64,000 bases of DNA from Octopus sinensis (taxonomy: Eukaryota). The notes under the pieces are model-generated. The model was not told where the DNA came from, did no database searches, and saw nothing but the letters and a program-made list of their open reading frames with translations. Below are positions 52,312-64,000 of this stretch, one piece after another. A program made the position numbers and the translations under genes. Each line of letters opens with the position of its first letter. Positions within the stretch are counted from its first letter, which is position 1. The stretch covers positions 43,400,001-43,464,000 of the forward strand of contig NC_043009.1 in assembly GCF_006345805.1 (NCBI RefSeq), read 5' to 3'.

Positions 52312-53653
52312 TGTTCCCCTTGGATGAGATGAGGGTGTTAAACCAGGTGATGTATTGTACCTGATACCTTAAAAAAAATGGGGTGGCTCTAGGGGCCATT
52401 GTAACAGAATTATAGGCCCCTTAGCAGATCTATACATTTGAGTCCTTACATACACAACCACAACATGCATAGATTATCTTTGAGTTCTTTGGTTTCCTTG
52501 GGACCCTGAGCAATTTCCCAACATCCCCATGCCTTCAGATACCACTGGGGAGCCCCTATATTTCAAAGACAACAGGATTCCATTAGGTACATTTTGTTTG
52601 AATAACAGGTAGGGTGGTCATGGCTTGATATTTATGATCATAGGTTTGTCCAGTCAGGGTTGACCTTGGGCTAAACAGCAACATAACTGCAATAGTACCA
52701 CTGATATTCCAACCATGAACCTCAATGTCACTATTAGTTCTACTACTGGCATTATCACCACCTGTACTACTGCCACTACTAGTATTTTCATTAGCATCAA
52801 ATACAACCTCAGTTTTCATCACAACCACCTCCTACTACCACTTAAACTACTAGTACAACTAACACTTCAAACACCACCTTCACTACTACCATACCACCAC
52901 CATTACCACCACCACTGACAACTATTAACACAACGACAAGCACCACCACAACAACTACCACCAACACCATTATTATTTCAAACACCAACACCGCAACTAC
53001 CACTACCACCAACACAGCCACTAGCACAACCACCAGTACTACTACTATCCCAACCACTAACACCACCACTACCACCAACATCACTGCAGCCAATACCAAC
53101 ATCAGAGTAAATTATTACATTTGCTACATCAAACAAAAATTAAATTTAATGATGGATAAGTATGAATTTTACGATCATTGTTCATCATCATCATCATCAC
53201 CACCATCATCATTGTCATCATGATCAACGTCACCATTATTCTCATCCTTCGCATCATTATCCTTGTTGTTGTATTGGTCGACATCATCATCATCAACATC
53301 ATCAACATCACCACCATCATCATCATCATCATCACTACCATTGTCAGAACACCATCGCCATCATCATTATGGCCTCCTCAACAACTACCATCATCTTCAA
53401 CGTCAGATCAACCATCACCACCAATACCACCACTACCATCCTCTCCCTTACCAATTCTGTCATCAATTTAAAACACTTCAAAGTTTATATATGTTAAATA
53501 AATCTTCAACTTTTCAAAAGACACCAAACAAAATTCATTATAGAATGTCTCTTTCAGCAGCTTTATATATATATGCGAAGGATGAGAATAATGGTGATGT
53601 TGATCGTGATGACAATGATGATGGTGGTGATGATGATGATGAACAATGATCGT

Positions 53654-53694
<41 letters not shown>

Positions 53695-53779
53695 ATATAT
53701 ATAGTTATATATGAATGTATGTATGTATGCATGTATGTATGTATATGTGTGTGTGTCTGGAAGTGTATATGTATATATA

Positions 53780-54568
53780 TTGGGTCATCTCATAAATAAT
53801 GCAGTTATTTTATACTTCTTTTATTTTTCAAAATTAAGATAAGCAAAGTTCTTTCTAAAATCTAAAATATTCTCTCCTTCATTTTCAACAATGCTCTTCC
53901 ATCAGTCTGGTAGACTGGCAAGGTCTCTCTTCCAAACTTCACTTGTCTGTGATGAAAAATACTCTTCCAGTACTGTTCTGACTTTAACAGTAATTTTTTC
54001 AAAGCTACAATGGAAGTGACAAAAGAACTTATTCAGTATATTTTGCTTTATGAGTTCAAAAAAGGCAGCAATGCAATGGAAAGTGCAAGGAATATTAATG
54101 CAGTATATGGGGATCGGACAATGAGTGTAAGCCAGTGTCATCGGTGGTTACTGAAATTGTGAGCTGGAAACTACAACTGAGAATACAAGGCTCAGTCTGA
54201 AAAATCTGTAGAGCTTGAGAAGAATGTCTTGCAAACCATGGTGGAACAAAATCCCATTATAACTGTTGAGGAACTAATAGAGAAGCTTGGATTTGGTTAT
54301 TAAACTATTCATCAACACCTGCGCTATAAGAAAAATGGCCATCTTTGGTTTCAAGACGAAAGGTGTTCTTCCATCAGGATAATGCTTGGCCACATACAGC
54401 AAGGATGACATTCCAAAGGCTGGAACACTTTGGATGAGAAATGATACCCCACCCACCATATGCACCGTACATTGCCCCATCTGATTATCATTTATTCCGC
54501 AGTCTTCAAAATCGTTTGGAATGAAAATATATGAATGCTGTAGACAAAGTCTGATAGTGATGGATCAG
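53780..54568 (+). pseudogene. Rearranged, internally deleted mariner (Tc1/mariner) transposase remnant
   Basis: TA-TTGGGTCATCTCATAAATAATG TIR. ATG at 54010 gives MEVTKELIQYILLYEFKKG..SARNINAVYG..CHRW; later FHQDNAWPHTA and HPPYAPYIAPSDYHLFRSLQN; multiple stops. Confidence 0.85.
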
Positions 54569-54698
54569 TGTGTGTGTGTGTGTTTGTGTGCCAAACAATT
54601 AACTGTGTATGTAGCAACAAAAGATGTAGTCCTAAATATCCCTGAATTAGCGGAATAATACATTATGCAAACAGGAAATACTCACACACAGTACTTAC

Positions 54699-54816
54699 AG
54701 TTTCCTGGCAAGCCATGGGTGTGAAGTTATCCAATTTCACTAGCGGCTTTGCACAACAGCTGATGAACGGTTGCACATGCATTGATTACCAATCTTAAAT
54801 CAGATAATTTTTACAC
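54699..54816 (-). other. Candidate host exon (possible ATG-containing exon)
   Basis: Unique sequence bounded by TACAG| and |GTAAGT. ATG at 54782 stays open for 28 codons (MHVQPFISCCAKPLVKLDNFTPMACQET) up to the donor. Confidence 0.3.
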
Positions 54817-54898
54817 CTGTAGTTTGCCAAGAAATTCTGAACACAGTATGTGGGTGTTCTATGTTGGTATATAATATAAATATATATATATATATGTA

Positions 54899-54932
<34 letters not shown>

Positions 54933-55019
54933 ATATATATCATCACCATCAATATTTAACATCTGCCTCCCATGCTGTAATGGGTGGGACATATATATAT
55001 ATATATATATGTATGTATA

Positions 55020-55290
55020 TATCATCATCATCATCGTTTAGCATCTGCTTTCCATGCTAGCATGGGTTGAACGATTTGACTGAGGACTGGCAAACTTGAT
55101 GGCTGCACCAGGCTCCAGTCTTGATCTGACAGTTTCTACAGCTTGATGCCCTTCCTAACACCAAACACTCTGAGAGTGTAGTGGGTGTTTTTACGTGCTA
55201 CTGGCACGGAGGCCAGTCAGCTGGTACTGGCAATGGCCACGCTCAAATGGTCTTTTTTACGTGCCACCTGCACAGGAGCCAGTTCAGAAA
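55020..55290 (-). mobile_element. RTE-LINE 3' end
   Basis: CATCATCGTTTAGCATCTGCTTTCCATGCTAGCATGGGTT. Confidence 0.8.
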
Positions 55291-55314
55291 AATCCACGAT
55301 GTGCTGTATATTAT

Positions 55315-55356
<42 letters not shown>

Positions 55357-56636
55357 ATATACATATATATAGTATATATTTATATATATATAGATATATA
55401 GATATAGATAAATTTATTTATATACATGTGTGTGTGTGTATGCATACATACATACATATAATATATATTTATATATATATAATATATATATGCACGACAG
55501 GCTTCTTTCAGTTTCCATCCACCAAATCCCTCACAAGGGCTTGGTTTGCCTGAGGCTATAGTAGAAGACACTGGCCCAAGGTGCCATGCAGTGGGACTGA
55601 ATCTGGAACTATGTGGTTAGTGGGCAAGCTACTTACCACACAGTCATATATATATATATATATATTCAATTTATAGATGTATTTCTGACAAAAACCTTAT
55701 AAAGAAACATATTTGTAATATGCTTTCTACTACAGGCTCACACAGTTTCCATATAATTATTTCCACTAACAATAAATACAATGCATTGGTCAATTCTAGG
55801 CTCTAAGACTAGACCTATGACAAGGCTTCCATACAACAGAATTGAACCCAGAACCAAACAGTTCTCAGCAAGCATCTGAACTCCATAAACACACAGCAAC
55901 TATATACATAATTAAAAAAATATATATGATATCAGTGTATTATCTATATAAACTCTAATGAGGCTTAAACAAACCCCTTCAAATGCTTCCAAAACTTACT
56001 TTTGAAATTCTGAAATTCCATAAAAAAAAAAATGGTCAGGGGAAGAATTTCCCGTAGAATTAAGAGCAATACCAAAGATAAATCAAACATAATAAAACAA
56101 TTTAAGGGTTTTGGGAAATATTTATTATTATTATTATTATTGTTATTATTATTATTATTACTATTTAAAAAAAAAGCTTTTAAATTTAATTGAAATATCT
56201 ATAGTAAACATCACGTTGATGGGTTTTTGGCGTTTGTGTAGAGATCTTTGATTCTTGGGTAGGGTGGGGTGGTGGTGGGTGTGTAGGTTGTTGTTGCTGT
56301 TGTTGAGGGTGGTGATGGGCTGAATGATGATGATGGCAGTGGAACAGAAAAGGGAGATTGCAGGCGATAGAGGTGGGGGGCAGGATGGTGTGACAGGGCG
56401 GTGGGGGCAGGGTGATGGGGCAGTGGCGGCAGTGATGGTTGCAGAAAAGTCACTGAGCTATGGTTTTAACACATGCAGAAATATATACAGTCATACATAT
56501 ATGAATACACTAGTGTATATATATGTGTGTGCGTATGTGTGTGCGTGTATGTATATATATATATACAGAGAGAGAGAGGAAGAGAAAGAGAGAGAGAGAA
56601 AAAGAGTTGATAGGCATACATATATATGCCTCCATG

Positions 56637-56717
<81 letters not shown>

Positions 56718-56757
56718 GTGATATGTATTGCTCATCAATTTGTATCCATACCCACAG

Positions 56758-56791
<34 letters not shown>

Positions 56792-56884
56792 TGTCATACA
56801 TGCATACACTCTTATATCCACATTGATAATTCACACATATCTAGACAAACATATATAATATTACTTATGTTTATATTATATCCA

Positions 56885-57445
56885 GGAGGGAATGCAGCCA
56901 GGGGTGTATAGGTAAGAAGCTTGCTTTCCAACCATGTGGATCTGGATTCAGTCCCGCTGTGTAGCACCGTACGCAAATGTTTTTTTATTATAGCCCTGGG
57001 CTGGCCAACATCTCACGAGTGGATTTGGTAGTCAGAGTCAAAGAACCCTGTCATGCATACATATATATGCATATGTAAATATATATCAAGGGAATGAGAG
57101 GTAATGGTGTCAAGTAGACTCAAAGGTGTCAGGTAATGCTGAGTAAGTGCTATGGACAGACCTTAGTTAAGCTCCAGGTTCAATGATGATATGAATGAGG
57201 AGTCAAATGTAGTTCGTATATTAGCATGCATAATAACTATTACTTAAACGTTTTCTCGCACCCTCTCTGATGAAGGGATATATAAAATATCTCAGAAACA
57301 GCTGTAAGACCTTCTTTTTATAAATGTTCAGAAAACTTTCACAGCTTTGGATTTTTTATCTCATTCTGTTAATTTATATATATATCTGAATGTGTATGCC
57401 TTTGTCTTTGTGTTTGTCCACTCAACAACTGGTATTGGTTGGTCA
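56885..57445 (+). mobile_element. Degraded SINE B carrying a Penelope-like unit (about 57085-57380) in its internal (TA)n
   Basis: B head 56885-57055, then (TA)n, an unrelated 300-bp insert with an HHR, (TA)n, and B body resuming at TTTGTGTTTGTCC. Confidence 0.65.
57264..57309 (+). ncRNA. Minimal type I hammerhead motif with palindromic helix III
   Basis: TCT-CTGATGA-A-GGGATAT-ataaa-ATATCTC-A-GAA-ACAGCTGT-A-AGA; GUA cleavage site. Confidence 0.75.
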
Positions 57446-58436
57446 TTGTCCTCAGTATTCACTTCTTGTTCCCAACAGTTTCTCACTATTGATGCCACCA
57501 AAAATTATCATTAATGGTGTGAAATTGTAATGACTTTTTGATGATAATTTACAAGGAAAGATTGCATTTATGTCTTGCATGTGAATTTTCCATTCATTCC
57601 TTTGTTGGGTTTCTGTTTAATTGTTGAAATTTATATCTCATGATGATGATGATCATCATCATCATCATCCTCTAATGTCCATTCTCCATGCTGGCATGGG
57701 TTGAACAGTTTAAACAGTGCTGGCAAAGTAGGAAGCTGCACCAGGTTCCATTATGATTTGGGTTGGTTTCTACGGCTGGATGCCCTTCTTGATGCCAGCC
57801 ACTTAACAGAGTGACTTGGGTGGTTTTAATATGCCACTGACATGAGCACTTCCACGCAGCACTGGCATGAATGCCTCTTATGTGGCACTGGAACAAGTGC
57901 TTTTTACATGGCACCATAACAAGACTCTTGCCGGCCAATCCTCTTCACCAAGGGATGCAGGCTTAGTACTTCAGCTGTGGTGGATGGATCTTCTTGATAT
58001 ATGTATATATATATCCATGTGTGTGTGTGTGTGTGCATGGACAACAGACATTAAATGATGCTGATGGTGATGATATGTATAAGTATGTATGTATGAATGT
58101 ATGTACATATGTATATATATTTATATATGTATATATCAATGTATACACATTTAGATATATATATATATATATATAAATGAAAAGGGGTCTGTATGATTGT
58201 GTCACAACCTGGGACCTTGAAGACTGCTTTAATGCAAGAGAGTATACTAGTTCCTTAATATCTGATATTCAATAAGACAATCAATACTTCATTTCATTAT
58301 ACTACTATATATACTTTTTATACTATATATTCTATATTCTACATTAATATTATAAAGAATATAAATAAAACATAAAAAACAGACAGAGTTGGAATTTCTT
58401 TGAATAACATACATATATACATAAATATATACATAC

Positions 58437-58503
<67 letters not shown>

Positions 58504-59000
58504 TATCTACATACATGTGTATACATTTACATACACACACACACACACATTAATGTATATACAAGCATACTTAGAAACAAGACAACAATAACTTTATTGT
58601 AGTTTTATAACCCAGAGCCATGTTAAGAACAAGACAGAATAGTCCTCATTGAATTCAGAAAAATTTCAGGTTTTCTTCTAGTCCTTCTGTTTTTCCAAAT
58701 GCCATAACAGTTTGCCAACAAAATAAAGAAAACCAAATGAGATGTCTGTGGAAACTGTAAGAACTCTAAAAGCTAATACTTGTAAAGCTTCTCAATGAGC
58801 AATATATCTTTTTATCGGTATCTTCATGGATCAAACAACTTGATTATGCGGCAATCGAAAAGCAAACTTCGATTGTCACTTGTAAATAGTTTTCATTTTT
58901 GGAAATATCTTTTATGATAAACACAACACACACACATAAGTATGCATGCATGGTATTATGTGTGTATATCTATGTATGTATCTATATATATAAATATATA

Positions 59001-59083
<83 letters not shown>

Positions 59084-59172
59084 ACACACACACACATATA
59101 TATATACACACACACATATATATAGATATAAATATAGATATATATATGCAAGAATGCATATATGTAAGCATG

Positions 59173-59232
<60 letters not shown>

Positions 59233-59312
59233 CACATATGTACACATGTATGTATGAAGGTATATACATGCATTTATGTATCTATCTGTCTATTTAACTA
59301 ACTCTCTCTCTT

Positions 59313-59352
<40 letters not shown>

Positions 59353-59480
59353 AGTACACATACACATTCATATGCATATATATATACAAATGTATATATA
59401 TATATATATATTATATATATATATATATATATATTTGTTATATACATATATATACATGCATACATACATATATATATTAT

Positions 59481-59557
<77 letters not shown>

Positions 59558-59832
59558 ATATATAATATAAAGGCTTGTGCTATGATGCAAATACATATTG
59601 TAGGGGAATATTCTTGACTAGAATAAACAGAAAAAATGGTAAATATTGGCTTTCTAAGTCAAGGAAGAAACAACAGGGAGTTTTTTTGTTTTGCTTTGTT
59701 TAGTTTGGTTTTGTTTCTCTGCTTTTTTTTTTTGTTTCTTTTGTCACAGAAGATGATGGCTGCATTTCCTAACTCTCCTTACACATACACACACAGACAT
59801 AGAAACACATACACACACACACACACACATAC

Positions 59833-59929
59833 GTATCCTTCAGAGAATGCCACTAGCAAGTGGCGACAATGTATATACAATGACAATTCTTGCTTCATTC
59901 CGATGTATTCTTGTGTGTCTTCGGTATAT
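59833..59929 (-). other. Candidate host exon
   Basis: Minus strand TTTTGCCTTCTCTTGACAG| 97 nt |GTATGT; unique sequence with one open frame (YTEDTQEYIGMKQELSLYIHCRHLLVAFSEGY). Confidence 0.3.
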
Positions 59930-60288
59930 CTGTCAAGAGAAGGCAAAATCATAATACTTGGTGAAAAATCTAAACAATCATTGACAACGCGAAGAACGGC
60001 AACAATAAGAAGAACAAGATGAAGATTAAGCAAAAGACAAAGAAGAAGAAGAAATCGAGGAAAGCATAAGAATTTTCTTTGGTGAAAACTTCTACGAAGA
60101 GTGTTGTGTTTGTATATTAAGTTCTATTATGTTATGTCAATGTGTGGTGGGGAGGGGCATGAGTGGGTTGGTGGGATTATTTACTCTGCAAAACTTTCTG
60201 GTTCTGCATTTAGCTCTCTCACTCTTGTACTTTTCTGTATATATACATCCATATATAAATATATAAATTATTATTATCATGATTATTA

Positions 60289-60349
<61 letters not shown>

Positions 60350-60369
60350 GATTATGATTATTATTATTA

Positions 60370-60436
<67 letters not shown>

Positions 60437-60703
60437 AAAGCAGTGAATTGGCAGAATTGTTAGCACTCCAGGCAAAATGCTTAGCGGCATTTTGCCCGTT
60501 GCTACATTCCGAGTTCAAATTCTGCCGAGGCGGACTTCGCTTTTCATCCTTCCGGAGTTGATAAATTAAGTACCAGTGAAACACTGGGGTTGATGTAATC
60601 GACTTTCCCCATTCCCCAAGTTTCAGGCCTTCTGTCTATAGTAGATAGTTAAATAGACAGGTAGATAGTTACATACACGCATATATTCTGCCAGCTTACT
60701 GCT

Positions 60704-60745
<42 letters not shown>

Positions 60746-60969
60746 TGCATATTTGTATATATATACATATATAATACTTAGTGATATTTTGTTTTCCATT
60801 GTGTTCTGAGTTCAAATTCCGCCAAGGTTGACTTTGCCTTTCATCCTTTCGGGGTCGATAAATTAAATACCAGTGTCGCACTGGGGTCGATCAAATCAAC
60901 TTAATCCCTTTGTCTGTCCTTGTTTGTCCCCTCTATCTTTAGCCCCTTGTGGGCAATAAAGAAATAAGA

Positions 60970-60970
<1 letters not shown>
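60437..60970 (+). mobile_element. Two SINE family A copies
   Basis: 60437-60645 is full length; 60785-60970 lacks the head. Confidence 0.8.
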
Positions 60971-61040
<70 letters not shown>

Positions 61041-61934
61041 ATCATTAGCACACTGGACAAAATACTTAGCAGGTTTAAACCATTTTGTTACTATATTTCT
61101 GATGAAATACCCAACCTTTAATTCGATTGATTTTGAAAAAAATGAAAATTTTAGCAAAATAACTTTGTCATTATTTAGCTAATGTTTGATACTTTGGCAA
61201 TTTTGATGGAAGGTTTTAATTTCAACCACTCTAAGACAGAATGTTTATATCACAGACTCAGTTGTGGTCTCAGAATTCATAATTTTGTTACATATATATG
61301 CATGGTATATTCAAAATCCTTGCATCTGCAGGTAGAATGGAGACCCCAGGGGATAAATAACTTCTTAATAGGGATTTTGGCCTGAGCCTTTCATGTTCAT
61401 GGAGCATTGGCCATCAAGGACTTTTCACCACTGTTCTTAACTCTGATCAAAGCATTCCTGCAGTGTGGGTGGAGACACCCTCATATGAAGGCCTTCATTT
61501 CTTGGGTTTTGTTGGTTTTGAATTGTTTCTGATTCTTCTGCATTTATTTATTTATTTTCAGTATAGAGTTTTGGCTCTATACAAACCCATTTTTACCTCT
61601 GGAAGAGGTGGTCCATATTATTCTTACCCCTACCCTTTGACCTGTCCAGCATGGAGGCCCCATCAGCATAGCTCTAAGAGTCAATGAGGCACATGATGGC
61701 ACCTCACTGCAACAAGGACTGGACTCTGTCATAGAAATAAGATCATGGTTAAAATGAAATTTCTTGAACTTTCTTTGTGGCACCTGACAGATTTAGCACT
61801 ACCAAACCTTGCTTTCTCTTGAACTCTCAACTCCTTGATACAGTTGATAATGTGACATCATGATACACGGTTTGTTTTGAGCATTTTGTGACCTGGTAAA
61901 GCCCATCCCTCTCTAGATCTGATGATAACAAATT

Positions 61935-62667
61935 TCCAGGACGTATTCTTTGTAAGCCTAGTACTTATTCTATTGGGCTCTTTTGCTGAACCACCAAGTT
62001 ACGGAGACGTAAACACACCAGCATCAGTTGTCAAGCAATGTTGGGGGGAAAAACACAGACACATAAACATATACACACACATACATATATATATACATAT
62101 ATACAACGGGCTTCTTTCAGTTTCCGTCTACCAAATCCACTCACAAGGCTTTGGTCGGCCCGAGGCTACAATAGAAGGCACTTTCCCAAAGTGTCGCACA
62201 GTGGGCATGAACCCGGAATCATGTGGTGGGTAAGCAAGCTACTTACCACACAGCCACTCCTACACCTATATTGACAAAATTATAAAGTTGTATATAAAAA
62301 AAAATGTTTTCTGGTAATAAATTAAAGAAAAAAATTGGGGCACTAATGGGTTTGATGATATTCTACAGCACGAAAGAAATAGGAAAGGTTTGGAAAAGAT
62401 TTTTTTACTCTTCTATTCTTTCATCTGTTTACTTGTTTCAGTCATTTAGACTCTGGCCATGCTGGAGAATGTTTCAGTCATTTAGACTGTGGCCATGCTG
62501 CCTTGAAGAATTTCAGTCAAGCGAATTGACCCCAATACTTAGTCTTAAGTCTGGTGCTTATTCGATCACTCTCTTTTTGCCAGACTGCTAAGTCAGAGGG
62601 ATGTAAACACACCAACACCTGTTGTCAATTGGTGGTGGGGGACATACACAGACACAAAAAACACACA

Positions 62668-62702
<35 letters not shown>

Positions 62703-62840
62703 ATACACACACACACACCACACACACACACAAACACACACACATATATTTGACAGGCTTCTTTCAGTTTCTGTTTACCAAATCCACTCTCAAGACTTTG
62801 GTTGACCCGAAACAATAGTAGAAGACATTTACCCAAGTCT
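61935..62840 (-). mobile_element. Two SINE family B copies
   Basis: 61935-62268 and 62405-62840. Confidence 0.85.
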
Positions 62841-62870
62841 TTCTCAAAATCACACCACAACCCTCTAGAT

Positions 62871-63920
62871 CAAGGGTTCACAACCATTATTTTATCTGTG
62901 GACCTCTTTGGTTACTATTTTATTCTGGTGGACACCCATAGCCATTTGGTGTTTAAAATCTAGTTTTATAGAAGCTTCTTTCAAAATTCTTATTCTGTTT
63001 TTCACACATTAACTTGTATTTAGACCCAGGAAGACATGGGACAAAGTGGCGAGAAAGGATCTTTGGATGCTGGGCCTCACTGGGAAAATGACAAGGGACT
63101 GGGAGATGTGGAGATTTGCTGTACTTAATAAGACATGTGAAACTAAACAAAATTGGTGCCTTCCATACATACAGGCTTGTTCTTTTAGGCACCAGTGCCA
63201 CTTGAAGAGCATCGATGCCAATGCTATGCAGATGCACCAATGCTAGTGCTGTGTAAATTCACCTGTGCTGTTGGCACATAAAAAACATTTAGCACACTCT
63301 GCTAAGTCGTTAGCATTCGGAAGGGCATCCAGCCATGGAAACCATGCCACAACACCGAGTTGGAAACTGAACAGCTCCCTGCTAGTCAGCTCCATGTCAA
63401 ACCATCCAATCCATTAAACGATGATGATGATGATGATGATGATGATGATAACTTGTATAGATTGAACTATGTAAAACATTAGAGAAAGAAACCAAGCTGT
63501 TTCTTGCAGTACATACCAATACATACATCTAAAGCAAAATGGCTTCAGGGGCCCTTAAAATACTATTGAGGAGCCCCAATTTACTATTCCTATTTCTTTA
63601 TTGCCCACAAGAGGCTAAACATAGAGGGGACAAACAAGGACAGACAAACGGATTAAGTCGATTACATCAACCCCAGTGCGTAACTGGTACTTAATTTATC
63701 GATCCCAAAAGGATGAAAGGCAAAGTTGACCTCAGCGGAATTTGAACTCAGAACGTAAAGACAGACTAAATGCCGCTAAGCATTTCGCTGGCATGCTAAT
63801 GATTCTGCCAACTTGCCGCCTTACTATTCTGTCGTGTTTACTATTGCTATTTACTATTCTGTCGTGTGGACCTGAAAAGTCTTATATGGTCCCTCAGAGG
63901 ACACTGGTTGAAAACCACTG
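62871..63920 (-). mobile_element. hAT-type MITE (same family as 51444-52115) with nested RTE 3' fragment and SINE A
   Basis: CAAGGGTTCACAACC / GGTTGAAAACCACTG termini, TSD CTCTAGAT/CCTTAGAT. RTE 63020-63448 (RPRKTWDKVARKDLWMLGLT...WRFAVLNKT; TSD TAACTTGTAT). SINE A 63590-63820 (TSD TTACTATTC). Confidence 0.85.
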
Positions 63921-64000
63921 CCTTAGATAATGAAGTCATGGCTGTTACTGTACCTGAAAAGATAGCGTGGTCATAGTTGTTTGACCTTTGGTCAATGTGA

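Noticed and set aside
58670-58765. Possible plus-strand exon (TTCTTCTAG ... GTAAGA)
   Set aside because: Splice-like motifs are common in AT-rich DNA and no convincing reading frame was found.

Overview
Repeat-saturated, AT-rich metazoan DNA, most likely an octopus (coleoid cephalopod) intron or intergenic block. This is inferred from the octopus-type tRNA-derived SINEs and the extreme microsatellite load. No intact host protein-coding gene is visible, and almost all ORFs in the track are microsatellite or SINE artefacts. Real coding remnants are all transposon-derived: a 5'-truncated R4/Dong-clade (RT + CCHC + restriction-like endonuclease) LINE inserted in a (TAA)n array (25974-28297, -), RTE-clade LINE fragments and many (GAT)n-tailed RTE 3' ends, and a rearranged mariner. 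There are also piggyBac-, hAT- and mariner-type MITEs in nested stacks with readable target-site duplications, and at least five SINE families. The most interesting signal is about ten type-I hammerhead-ribozyme (HHR) motifs in short, mostly microsatellite-embedded Penelope-like/retrozyme-like units. Four have canonical cores. Others sit in fold-back elements that carry one HHR on each strand with non-canonical cores (compensatory G3:C8 and U3:A8, and U4C) and palindromic helix III. Two weak candidate minus-strand host exons (59833-59929, 54699-54816) and a few candidate regulatory repeats are also noted. Structures were folded by eye, and coordinates of degenerate repeats are approximate.
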